From the NCBI GenBank assembly GCA_964387355.1, contig CAYLWJ010000104.1:1-63184 (forward strand): a DNA stretch of 63,184 nucleotides. Direction: 5' to 3'. A program made the position numbers and the translations under genes. Below are positions 45,427 through 54,711 of this stretch, piece after piece; position 1 is the first letter of the stretch, and each line of letters opens with the position of its first letter. Origin of the DNA: an uncultured Actinomycetota bacterium (lineage in GTDB: Bacteria > Actinomycetota > Humimicrobiia > Humimicrobiales > Humimicrobiaceae). The notes under the pieces were generated by a model. The model saw only the letters and a program-made list of their open reading frames with translations, was not told the origin of the DNA and searched no databases.

Positions 45427-46392
45427 TTATAAGAAACCTTTTGATTTATAAAAAATATTTTTTATTATATAAAGTATGCCGCCTATTATAGCATTAATTA
45501 AAATTATAGATAAAATAACTATAGCAAAAATTACAGCATTAGATTCGTTAGCCCCAAATCTCTTTAAAACTATTACAGCCATATTTTCTCTTACCCCAAT
45601 TCCGCCAATAGTTATTGGTATGTTAGCAGATAAAGTGATTATTGGATTTATAAAAAGAAAAGTTAAAAAATTTAAATTTAATTTAGAATATAAACCTGCA
45701 AAAAAATAACAAGCAATAAATAAAAATTGTGAAATTAAGCAATAAATTAAACTAAAAATAATATACTTAGTTTTATTTTTAAATTCCATAAAACTATTTC
45801 TAAATTGTTCAAATTTAACCTGAAAGGTACTGATTTTCTTATATTTTGTAAAAATTTTATCCAACTTAAACTTTTTTGGCTTTAGAATAATTAAGAGTAA
45901 AATAATCATTAATAGGGGAATTACTATTAAACCTAAAATGATTTTTAAGTTTAAGTATTTGTATAAGATAAAAAATGATGCAAGCACATAAATTGAAGCA
46001 GAAGCTACACTTACAAGTCTTTCCATTATTATTACTGATAAATTTTTATTTAAGCTTATATGTTTATTATTATGTAAATCATAAGCCCTATATATGTCAC
46101 CACCAATATTAGTTGGAAAAATATTACTGTAAAAAAAACCTATATAATATGAATAAAATAAAAAACCTTTATTTATATTTATTTTTTGTGATCTTAATAA
46201 AATTTCCCATCTAAGCATTTGAATGTAAATACCAAGGCTAAATAAAATTACTGCAATAATAAAATAATATATGTTAAAAGAGTGAATTGTTAAAAAAAAT
46301 GTCTTTAGATTTTTATAGTTTCTTAATATTAGAAAAGAAAAAAGTGAAAAGCTTATAATTATCCTTAATATTAAAAAAATTTTTTCTTTCAA
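45427..46392 (-). CDS. flippase-like / lysylphosphatidylglycerol-synthase-TM-type membrane protein (UPF0104)
   Basis: 321-aa polytopic protein. 'MLRWEILLRSQ...FFYSNIFPTNIGGDIYRAYDL' matches the LPG_synthase_TM pattern. TTG start. Confidence 0.6.
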   Translation of the reverse strand: MKEKIFLILRIIISFSLFSFLILRNYKNLKTFFLTIHSFNIYYFIIAVILFSLGIYIQMLRWEILLRSQKININKGFLFYSYYIGFFYSNIFPTNIGGDIYRAYDLHNNKHISLNKNLSVIIMERLVSVASASIYVLASFFILYKYLNLKIILGLIVIPLLMIILLLIILKPKKFKLDKIFTKYKKISTFQVKFEQFRNSFMEFKNKTKYIIFSLIYCLISQFLFIACYFFAGLYSKLNLNFLTFLFINPIITLSANIPITIGGIGVRENMAVIVLKRFGANESNAVIFAIVILSIILINAIIGGILYIIKNIFYKSKGFL

Positions 46393-46614
46393 TTTTTATA
46401 CTTTTTGTAAAAATAAAATAGAAAAAAATTAAAATAGAAAAATTATAGATATTATAGAAAAAAATTTTACATAAAAAAATATTATAGTTTATAATAACAA
46501 GAAATTATATTTTTTAACAATTTTATTGATTAAAAAATTATTTTTTTCATTTATGCAATAAGTTGCTTTAAATTTTATAAAAGAAATTTTACAAATTAAA
46601 ATAGGAGGAAAAAA

Positions 46615-47880
46615 ATGGCTTACTCAATTGAACAATCATACAATATTGCTAAAGAAAGATATGCTTCCTTAGGTGTAGACACAGATAAAGCTTTAAAGAT
46701 TTTAAAAGATGTCCCAATTTCTATTAATTGCTGGCAAGGAGATGATGTATCTGGTTTTGAAAAGGAAGATTCTTCATTAGGTGGTGGCGGGATTTTAGTG
46801 ACAGGTAATTTTCCAGGTAAACCAAGAAACATTGATGAATTTAGAAAAGATGCTGAAAAAGCTTTTTCAATGATACCAGGCAAGAAAAAACTTGCACTAG
46901 AGGCAATGCATGGTGATTATAAAGGCAAACTTGAAGGTAGAGATAAAATTGAAATAAAACATTTTATAAGCTGGGTTGAATGGGCAAAAGCAGTAAATGT
47001 TGGAATTGATTATAATCCTACTTTTTTTTCTCATGATTATACTGAAGATGGCAGGACGCTTTCGGCTATTAATGAAAAAATAAGAAAGTATTGGATAGAG
47101 CATGCAGTTCGTTCAAGAGAAATATGTAATTACATTGGCAAAGAGCTTGGACAAGTTTGTTTTAATAATATATGGATTCCTGATGGTTCTAAAGATTTAA
47201 CTGTAAACAGGTTAAAGCATAGAATGCTGTTATTAAAATCATTAGATGAGATATTTACAAAAAAATATCCAGAGCAAAATATGCAGGATTCACTTGAACC
47301 TAAATTATTTGGTATAGGAGTAGAATCTTACACGGTAGGTTCTCTTGAGTTTTATTTATGCTATGCTGCTAAAAACAATGTTCAAATTACCCTTGACACT
47401 GGGCATCTTCATCCAACAGAGGTTGTTTCTGATAAAATATCTGCTGTTATTCCTTATGTTAAAGGTGTTCAGCTTCATGTTACAAGAGGAATTAGATGGG
47501 ATAGTGACCATGTTCCAATAATAACTGAAGAACTTTTGGCAATCATGCAGGAAATTGTTAGGGCAGATGCATTAAATAAAGTTTTTATTGGCACTGATTA
47601 CTTTGATGCAAGCATGAATAGAGTTGGAGCATGGGCTTTAGGTGCAAGGTCAATTTTAAAGGCATTGCTTTTTGCTTTGCTTGAGCCTACTGATAAAATC
47701 AGGCAGTATGAGGAGGAAGGAAATAATTTTGCAAAGTTAGCCTTACTTGAAAATTTAAAGACAATGCCTTGGGGTGATGTGTGGGATTATTTCTGCGTAA
47801 TTAATAATGTTGCTTGTGATAATGATTTAATTAGCCAGGTTTTAAAATATGAAAATGAAGTATTAAGAAAAAGAGTATAA
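46615..47880 (+). CDS. rhaA: L-rhamnose isomerase
   Basis: The N-terminus '[44 protein letters not shown]' is collinear with E. coli RhaA '[44 protein letters not shown]'. 421 aa; the SD is aggagg. Confidence 0.9.
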   Translation: [421 protein letters not shown]

Positions 47881-48034
47881 TAGCTAAAATAAAAAATAAA
47901 TAAATAAAAAAATAAAAATAAAATAAATAAAATAAAAATAGAAAAAGAATTGTTTATAAATAGTCCACATTTATCTTTTAAATCATTAAAAATCAGTCCT
48001 CTTTTAATTTTAATTAACCTTTAATTATAAATTA

Positions 48035-48063
48035 TTGACAAAACTTAAAGTATGTATTATATT
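48035..48063 (+). promoter_or_regulatory. sigma-70-like promoter candidate for feoAB
   Basis: TTGACA (48035-48040), a 17-nt spacer, then TATATT (48058-48063), about 90 nt upstream of feoA. Confidence 0.45.
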
Positions 48064-48071
48064 AGCCTCAT

Positions 48072-48093
48072 AAAGTTAGATTAGACTAACTTT
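48072..48093. promoter_or_regulatory. perfect 8-bp inverted repeat, candidate metalloregulator operator
   Basis: AAAGTTAG-attaga-CTAACTTT begins 9 nt downstream of the -10 candidate. The GTTAG/CTAAC half-sites resemble the core of DtxR/IdeR boxes, but the spacing differs. Confidence 0.4.
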
Positions 48094-48154
48094 TATAGGT
48101 TTGTATAAAAAAATTTATATATTTTTTATGGATTTATAAATAAGTTTTAATAAA

Positions 48155-48427
48155 ATGGATCCAGAGACTTTAAAAACTGATAAAAAAATAATTTTACTTG
48201 CTCACGCCTCGCAAGGGAAAAAATATAGGGTTGTAAATATAGCTGGCGGTCACTGCCTTATATCAAGATTAAATGCTATGGGTATAGTAATAGGTGATGT
48301 AATAAAAGTTATTTATCAAACCTGGGGTGGACCTATGACTATTGCTGTAAAGGGAGTAAGAATAGCATTAGGAAGAGGTATAGCTCATAAAATTGAGGTA
48401 ACAGAAGTAAAGGAAGGCGATCAGTAA
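48155..48427 (+). CDS. feoA: FeoA-family protein
   Basis: 90 aa. 'GKKYRVVNIAGGHCLISRLNAMGIVIGDVIKV' is an SH3-like FeoA pattern. It lies upstream of feoB. Confidence 0.85.
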   Translation: MDPETLKTDKKIILLAHASQGKKYRVVNIAGGHCLISRLNAMGIVIGDVIKVIYQTWGGPMTIAVKGVRIALGRGIAHKIEVTEVKEGDQ

Positions 48428-48486
48428 GTAGAATAGTTAAAAAATTTTTAAAAATTTATATATAAAAAATTAAATTCAAGTAAAAA

Positions 48487-50925
48487 ATGAAATTCAAGAC
48501 AAGTAGTAATTCTAAAGATAAAACTAAAAGAAGTTTTAAAAAGAAAATTGTAAGAAAAGGAATAAATGAAATTATTTCCTGTCTTGGGTGCCAAGGCAGC
48601 TGTATGCAATGTCCAGCTTTTACTAATAATCCTAATAATCCTAATAATCGTAATAATCCTGTAAATCCTGATAATCCTAATAACTCTAATAATCTTGATA
48701 ATGCTAATAATGCTATTAATGCTAATAACATAAAAAAAATATCAAATCCTGTAAGAGAACTAGATATTGCATTAGTTGGGAGCCCTAACTCAGGAAAAAC
48801 CACAATATTTAATAACATAACTGGAGCAAAACAGCATGTTGGAAATTACCCAGGAGTTACAGTTGAAATAAAAACTGGTACAAGAAAGTATAATGGTTAT
48901 AAATTAAATTTTATTGACCTTCCTGGTACATACAGTTTAACAGCATTTTCTGAGGAAGAGAGAATCACTAGAAATTTTATTTTAAAAGAAAAGCCTGATA
49001 TTGTTTTAAATATAATTGATGCTTCTAACTTAGAGAGAAATTTATACTTAACTACACAATTAATTGAGTTAAACTGCCAAATGATATTGGTTTTTAATAT
49101 GGCTGATTTAATGGAAAAAAGTGGCTTGCATCTAGACTTAGAATTATTGTCAAATTTATTAGGTGCTTCGATTGTCTTAACTGTTGGTTCAAAGAATTTA
49201 GGGACTCAAAATATAATTGATGAAATTATTAAAATTAATGCAAATTCTTATATTAAAAAAAATATAAAAATAAATTACGGCGATGAAATTGAAAATGAAC
49301 TAATAAAAATAACTAAATTGTTAAGCAGTATAATTAATAGTCAAAATAAAGCAGTTTCTTTTAATAATTATATTATTAATTATAACTTAGAGTGGGTCTC
49401 TTTAAAACTTCTGGAACAAGATAACTTAATCTTAAAAGAATTATCTGAAGTATTATCTTTATCTGATCTTAATAAATTAACGAACCTTGTAGACGGTTCA
49501 ATTAACCATATTAAAAAAATAACTGGGTATTATCCTAATACGTTAATTGCTGAGGCTAGATATGGCTTTATAAAGGGGGCTTTAAAAGAGTCGGCCATTG
49601 TTAAAGGCAAAAATGATGTTTTATTAAGTGATAAAATAGACCAAGTATTGCTTAATAAAGTATTTGGACTTCCAATTTTTGCAGTTATTATGTGGCTTAT
49701 TTTTCAACTTGTTTTCAAAATAGGTGATTATCCAACAAGATGGCTTCAACTGGGTTTTAACAAATTAAGCGAGCTTTTATCAGTTTTAATGCCTGATAGT
49801 TTACTTAAATCTTTATTAATTGATGGAGTTATAGGTGGTGTTGGAGGAGTATTAGTTTTTACTCCAAAAATAATGATTTTATTTATATGTATTGCATTTC
49901 TTGAAGATAGCGGCTATATGGCTAGAGCTGCTTTTATAATGGACAGAATTATGCATAAAATTGGACTTCATGGCAAGTCTTTTATTCCTATGCTGATTGG
50001 TTTTGGCTGTACAGTCCCAGCTTACATGTGTAGCAGAACACTTGAAAATAAAAATGACAGGTTAATAACACTTCATATTAATACATTTATGAGTTGTGGT
50101 GGTAGACTTCCAATATATATTCTTTTTGCAGGTACATTTTTTACAAATAATGCTGGCAATGTTATCTTTGCAATATATTTAATTGGAATTTTAATGGCTG
50201 TTGTTTTTGCAAAAGTATTAAGAGCTACTAGATTTAAGGGTGAATCTGAACCTTTTGTAATGGAGCTTCCAGTTTACAGAATGCCAACATTAAGAGGAAT
50301 ATTAATTCATATGTGGGAAAGAACCTGGCATTACATAAAAAAGGCAGGAACTGTAATATTGTCAATCTCAATTATTATCTGGATACTTTTTACATTTCCA
50401 AGAATTAATAATGAGATTGTTAAGCCTTATAATGACCAAATTGTATTGCTTGAGCAAAAATTTAGCCAAGGCTTAATTTCTAATAGTGAACTTGATTTAA
50501 ATATAAAAAAAATAAAGCAAGAAATGTCATTAAAGCAATTAGATTATTCTTCAGCAGGAAGAATTGGCCACTTTATTGAACCTTTATTTAAACCTCTTGG
50601 TTTTGACTGGAGGCTTGCGTTGGCTTCAATTGCGGGAATTGCTGGAAAGGAAGTGGTTGTATCAACACTTGGAACAACTTTTAGTATATCAGGTGCAAGT
50701 AATGGGTATGAAAGTTTAAGGTCTTCATTAAAAGATGCTTATAATCCTTTAATTGGCTTTAATTTTATGTTGTTTTGCCTTCTGTATTTTCCATGCATTG
50801 CAGGCTTAGCAGTATTTCAAAGAGAAGCAGGAACAAAGGAAATGATTTTTCAGATTTTCTTTACAATTACTCTTGCTTGGGTTGTTTCATTAATAGTTTA
50901 TCAAATAGGAAAATTTTTTATATAA
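48487..50925 (+). CDS. feoB: ferrous iron transporter FeoB with a ~90-aa N-terminal extension
   Basis: G-domain motifs 'GSPNSGKTTIFN', 'DLPGTYS' and 'NMAD', followed by the polytopic FeoB membrane domain. No canonical start codon exists between 48487 and the G1 motif, so the extension (Cys cluster plus NNP repeats) appears to be translated. Confidence 0.85.
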   Translation: MKFKTSSNSKDKTKRSFKKKIVRKGINEIISCLGCQGSCMQCPAFTNNPNNPNNRNNPVNPDNPNNSNNLDNANNAINANNIKKISNPVRELDIALVGSPNSGKTTIFNNITGAKQHVGNYPGVTVEIKTGTRKYNGYKLNFIDLPGTYSLTAFSEEERITRNFILKEKPDIVLNIIDASNLERNLYLTTQLIELNCQMILVFNMADLMEKSGLHLDLELLSNLLGASIVLTVGSKNLGTQNIIDEIIKINANSYIKKNIKINYGDEIENELIKITKLLSSIINSQNKAVSFNNYIINYNLEWVSLKLLEQDNLILKELSEVLSLSDLNKLTNLVDGSINHIKKITGYYPNTLIAEARYGFIKGALKESAIVKGKNDVLLSDKIDQVLLNKVFGLPIFAVIMWLIFQLVFKIGDYPTRWLQLGFNKLSELLSVLMPDSLLKSLLIDGVIGGVGGVLVFTPKIMILFICIAFLEDSGYMARAAFIMDRIMHKIGLHGKSFIPMLIGFGCTVPAYMCSRTLENKNDRLITLHINTFMSCGGRLPIYILFAGTFFTNNAGNVIFAIYLIGILMAVVFAKVLRATRFKGESEPFVMELPVYRMPTLRGILIHMWERTWHYIKKAGTVILSISIIIWILFTFPRINNEIVKPYNDQIVLLEQKFSQGLISNSELDLNIKKIKQEMSLKQLDYSSAGRIGHFIEPLFKPLGFDWRLALASIAGIAGKEVVVSTLGTTFSISGASNGYESLRSSLKDAYNPLIGFNFMLFCLLYFPCIAGLAVFQREAGTKEMIFQIFFTITLAWVVSLIVYQIGKFFI
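48625..48729 (+). repeat. in-frame 9-nt tandem repeat (about 11-12 units, aataatcct and variants) in the feoB 5' region
   Basis: It encodes NNPNNPNNRNNPVNPDNPNNSNNLDNANNAINANN. Its complement generates the spurious Leu-rich ORF 48456-48818. Confidence 0.85.
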
Positions 50926-50950
50926 TGAATTTATGACCAACCCAATCAAT

Positions 50951-51035
50951 ATAAATGGTTTATAAGGAGTCCATATAAATTATTTATGATCAGTATAAAT
51001 AAAAGATTTATGGTAGGTATAAATAAAAGATTTAT
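50951..51035. promoter_or_regulatory. array of four ATAAAT-N(1-5)-ATTTAT palindromes between feoB and the DtxR-family gene
   Basis: Sites at 50951-50963 (ataaa-tgg-tttat), 50975-50987 (ataaat-t-atttat), 50995-51011 and 51019-51035 (both ataaat-aaaag-atttat). Start-to-start spacing is 24/20/24 nt. The last two lie in a 24-nt tandem duplication. Confidence 0.35.
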
Positions 51036-51099
51036 AATGAGTTTTTATAGAGGTGTAAAGTTAATTTTGATATAAGTTTTTTAATTGTAATTTTTAAAG

Positions 51100-51549
51100 G
51101 TGATTTTAATGGTTGAATTAAGCCATAGTTTAGAAGATTACCTGGAAGCAATTTATCTAATAGGCTTAGAAAAAAAAGTAATAAGAATTAAAGAAATAGC
51201 TGATTTTTTAAATGTTAAAACACCATCAGTTGTTGATGCAGTATCTAAGCTTAAAGAGAAAGAATTGGTTGTACATGAAAAATATGGCTATATTAATCTA
51301 ACAAAAAAAGGTATTGAAAAAGCAAAACTAATATATAAAAAACATGAAGAGGTTTATAAATTTTTAAATCAGTTTTTAGGTATGGATGAAGAAACGTCTG
51401 AAAAAGATGCTTGTGGGATAGAGCACTATATTAGTAAAAATACTTTAAATAGAATAGTGAAATTTATGGAATTTGTTGAAACCAATCCCAAAGGTTATCC
51501 TGAATGGCTAAAGAAGTTTAACGATTTTGTTAATATTGCAAAAAAATAA
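51100..51549 (+). CDS. DtxR/MntR-family metal-dependent transcriptional regulator (no SH3 domain)
   Basis: 'EDYLEAIYLI......IRIKEIADFLNVKTPSVVDAVSKLKEKELV' winged-helix region plus a dimerisation/metal domain ('HEEVYKFL', 'ACGIEH'). The ATG at 51109 is an alternative start. Confidence 0.8.
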   Translation: MILMVELSHSLEDYLEAIYLIGLEKKVIRIKEIADFLNVKTPSVVDAVSKLKEKELVVHEKYGYINLTKKGIEKAKLIYKKHEEVYKFLNQFLGMDEETSEKDACGIEHYISKNTLNRIVKFMEFVETNPKGYPEWLKKFNDFVNIAKK

Positions 51550-51640
51550 ATAAATTTTAAAATAAGTTTAGTTATTAAAAATTATTTTAATTTTAAATAT
51601 ACCTAAATATTTATAAATAGCCTAAAAGGAATTTAAATAA

Positions 51641-52111
51641 ATGGCTGAAAAACTAGTTAAGGATTTAATGGAAACAAATGTTATATCAGTTACTGAAGAT
51701 ACAACAATTGGAGAGTTATCAAGACTTTTATTAAAATATAACATTACTGGTGTTCCTGTAGTTGATAAAAACAATAAATTGATTGGCATGGTTACAGATG
51801 CTGATATAATTACAGAAAATATAAGCCCAATTTTTCCAATATATTTCGACCCCCTTATAATGAGTTATGCATACATTGATAATTTTGAACAAAGACAAAA
51901 AGATATAAAGGCTTACCTCTCTACAAGAGTAGAAGAGATAATGACTCGTAGAGTTAAGGTTGTTAAAGAAGACACACCAGTAAGCGATGCAGTAAAAATA
52001 ATGGTAAAAGATAGGGTAAATAGAATTCCTGTTGTTGATAAAAATAATAAAGTAGTAGGTATATTAGCAAGAGCTAATATATTAAAATCTATGCTTTCAG
52101 ACAATGGGTAA
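51641..52111 (+). CDS. CBS-domain pair protein
   Basis: Two CBS repeats ('VISVTEDTTIGELSRLLLKYNITGVPVVDKNNKLIGMVT' and 'VKVVKEDTPVSDAVKIMVKDRVNRIPVVDKNNKVVGIL'). Confidence 0.8.
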   Translation: MAEKLVKDLMETNVISVTEDTTIGELSRLLLKYNITGVPVVDKNNKLIGMVTDADIITENISPIFPIYFDPLIMSYAYIDNFEQRQKDIKAYLSTRVEEIMTRRVKVVKEDTPVSDAVKIMVKDRVNRIPVVDKNNKVVGILARANILKSMLSDNG

Positions 52112-52268
52112 GTTTCAGTAAGCTTCAGACAATTTGTAAGTTTGTACTTTAATTTTTAAGTTGCCTTCTTCTTTATCTTGACAAAAATTGTTTTATAATT
52201 ATACTATTCCTCATAATATAAGAATATTAATATATTATAAAATATCTTACATTAGATTGAGGTAAAAG

Positions 52269-52619
52269 ATGATAAAAAGAAATTTTTACACTCTTCATGC
52301 AGATATCTGCAAAACAATCTCAAACCCAAATAGGCAAGCAATTTTAGATGCACTTAGAGATAAAGAAATGACAGTAACAGAGCTGATTAATCAAACAGGT
52401 ATTAGTCAGGCAAATTTATCTCAACATTTAGCAATTCTTAGAGCAAAAGGTGTTGTAAACACTCGTAGAGAAGGAAATAATATTTATTATTCAGTATCAA
52501 ATTTAAAAATCATAAAGGCTTATGACTTAATAAGTGAAGTTCTTCAGGAATCACTTCAAACAAGACAAAAAACAATTAATGATGCAATTGAGCAAACCAG
52601 TAATGCTCAAATAACTTAA
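52269..52619 (+). CDS. ArsR/SmtB-family transcriptional regulator
   Basis: 'ISNPNRQAILDALRDKEMTVTELINQTGISQANLSQHLAILRAKGVVNTRREGNNIYYS' is a canonical ArsR wHTH. Confidence 0.85.
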   Translation: MIKRNFYTLHADICKTISNPNRQAILDALRDKEMTVTELINQTGISQANLSQHLAILRAKGVVNTRREGNNIYYSVSNLKIIKAYDLISEVLQESLQTRQKTINDAIEQTSNAQIT

Positions 52620-52828
52620 GTCGTTTAAGATATTTATAATATAAGTTGTTAATATTTAAAAGTTAATTTTTAAAATATAAGTTGTTAAAAAAAAAATAGC
52701 CTATCAATTAAAATAAACAATTATTTTAAGCCGGGTGTTAATTTTGTTTTTTTATTAAATATAAATATTTTTTACTTAAAGAATTTTAAATAATTTTAAT
52801 TATTACCAAATAATGAAGGATTTTAATT

Positions 52829-54595
52829 ATGGAAAATAGTCAAAAAAGAAAAAAAATAAAAGTTGTAATTATTGGTGGAGTTGCTGCTGGAACTTGTGCT
52901 GCTGTTAAAGCAAGAAGAACTTCAGAAGATGCCGAGATAGTTTTATATGAAAAATATAAGTATGTTTCTTATGCAACTTGTGGTCTACCTTATTTTGTTT
53001 CAGGTAAAATAGCCGAAGCTGAAAACCTTGTAATAAATAATGTATCCTTGCTTGAAAAAAGATTTAATTTGAAAATTAATATACTTCATGAAGTAGTAAA
53101 AATAGATCCTTCTAATAAAACCATATTAGTAAAAGATTTAAGAAATAATAATAAGTTTGAGGATAATTATGATAAATTAGTAATTGCTACCGGAACCAAG
53201 CCTCTTTTAATAAACAAAGAATTTGAAGATGCAAACAATGTTTTTTATTTAAGGACAATTGATGATGGACTTAAATTAAAAGCTAAAATTAATTTAATAA
53301 AAAATGAGTTGATTGATTTAAACCATGGTTATAGCGAGCATGAAGATGTTATCTTAGATAATTTAAAAATACCAAATGCTGTAATTATTGGTGGAGGCTA
53401 CATTGGTCTTGAACTGCTTGATGCTTTTATTAGTAATGGTTTTAAAGTTACAATTATTGAGATGGCTGACCAAATCTTGCCAGCTTTTGATTATGAAATA
53501 ATTGAATACCTTGAGAATTATCTAAAAGATAAAGGTGTAATATTGTTAAAAAATCAGGAAGTTAGCAATTTAGAAAAGGACAGCTCAGGAAAGATTGTAA
53601 AAATTGAAACAAATAAAGGGGCAGAATTACCTGTTGATTTGGTATTTATTGGGGCAGGTGCTAAACCTGATACTGACATTGCAAAAGAATGCGGCATAGA
53701 AATTGGAAATAGTGGTGCAATAATTGTTAATGAGTTTATGCAAACAAGCATTCCAGATATTTATGCTGCAGGAGATTGCTGTGAATGTACAGATTTTGTT
53801 TCAAGAATTAAGCAATCTTATTTACTTGCAGGTATTGCAAGCCTTCAAGGAAGAATTGCAGGTTATAATGCAGTTGGAGGAAATGATAAATTTATAGATA
53901 GCAACCCAACTTCAATAATAAAAGTTTTAGATGTTTTTGTTGGAAAAACAGGTTTAAGTTTAAAACTAGCAAGAAAGTTAGGTATAAATGCTGCGAAAAT
54001 TGAGCTTCATGCTCTTGACCATGGTGGCTATTATCCTGGTGCTCAAATGATTCACATGATGCTGGTTTATAATAAAGATGATGGAACAATTATTGGTTTT
54101 GAAGCAATTGGTAAAAGTGCGGTTGATAAAAAAACTGATATTATTTCAGTTGCTATCAGGGCAAAAATGAAAGTGTGGGATTTAGTTTTTTTAAATTTCT
54201 GTTATCATCCTGAAACAGGTTCTGCCAAAGATTCTATTAATATTTTGGGAATGATTGGTGAAAATATAAAAAAAGGTGAGGTAAGTTTTATAGATGTTGA
54301 AGAACTAAGGGAAAATTTAGCAAATGAAGAATTAGCTAAAGCACAATTATTGCTTATTGATGTTAGAACCAGAAGGGAATTTAATATGGGCCATATTGAT
54401 GGAGCGATAAATATACCGTTAGATGAATTAAGAGATAGTTTAAAATCAATAGAAGATTTAAAAGATAGACCAATTGTTGTGTATTGTAGAACAAGCTATA
54501 GAAGTTATAATGCATATAGGATATTAAAAAATGCTGGTTTTAAGGAAGTTTTTAATTTAAATGGTTCATATTTAAGTTGGGAGAGGCGATTGTAA
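52829..54595 (+). CDS. CoA-disulfide reductase / NADH-oxidase-family flavoprotein fused to a C-terminal rhodanese domain
   Basis: 'VVIIGGVAAG' FAD motif, redox Cys in 'SYATCGLPY', second dinucleotide motif 'VIIGGGYIGLE', 'AAGDC', and the C-terminal rhodanese loop 'VVYCRTSYRS'. Confidence 0.8.
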   Translation: MENSQKRKKIKVVIIGGVAAGTCAAVKARRTSEDAEIVLYEKYKYVSYATCGLPYFVSGKIAEAENLVINNVSLLEKRFNLKINILHEVVKIDPSNKTILVKDLRNNNKFEDNYDKLVIATGTKPLLINKEFEDANNVFYLRTIDDGLKLKAKINLIKNELIDLNHGYSEHEDVILDNLKIPNAVIIGGGYIGLELLDAFISNGFKVTIIEMADQILPAFDYEIIEYLENYLKDKGVILLKNQEVSNLEKDSSGKIVKIETNKGAELPVDLVFIGAGAKPDTDIAKECGIEIGNSGAIIVNEFMQTSIPDIYAAGDCCECTDFVSRIKQSYLLAGIASLQGRIAGYNAVGGNDKFIDSNPTSIIKVLDVFVGKTGLSLKLARKLGINAAKIELHALDHGGYYPGAQMIHMMLVYNKDDGTIIGFEAIGKSAVDKKTDIISVAIRAKMKVWDLVFLNFCYHPETGSAKDSINILGMIGENIKKGEVSFIDVEELRENLANEELAKAQLLLIDVRTRREFNMGHIDGAINIPLDELRDSLKSIEDLKDRPIVVYCRTSYRSYNAYRILKNAGFKEVFNLNGSYLSWERRL

Positions 54596-54711
54596 AAATT
54601 TTTTAAAATATAAAAGATTTTAAATAAACATTTATATAGTATATATTTTGATTAAAAATTTATACATTATTAAAATTAGTAAGGTTTGATTTATAGTATA
54701 GGTGGGGGGAT

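Noticed and set aside
48456-48818. 120-aa minus-strand ORF rich in Leu (LLGLLGL...), opposite the feoB 5' region
   Set aside because: It is the reverse complement of the in-frame (aataatcct)n repeat of feoB, a low-complexity shadow ORF with no start context. The same explanation applies to 41507-41689, opposite the leuD/hacB Asn-rich region.
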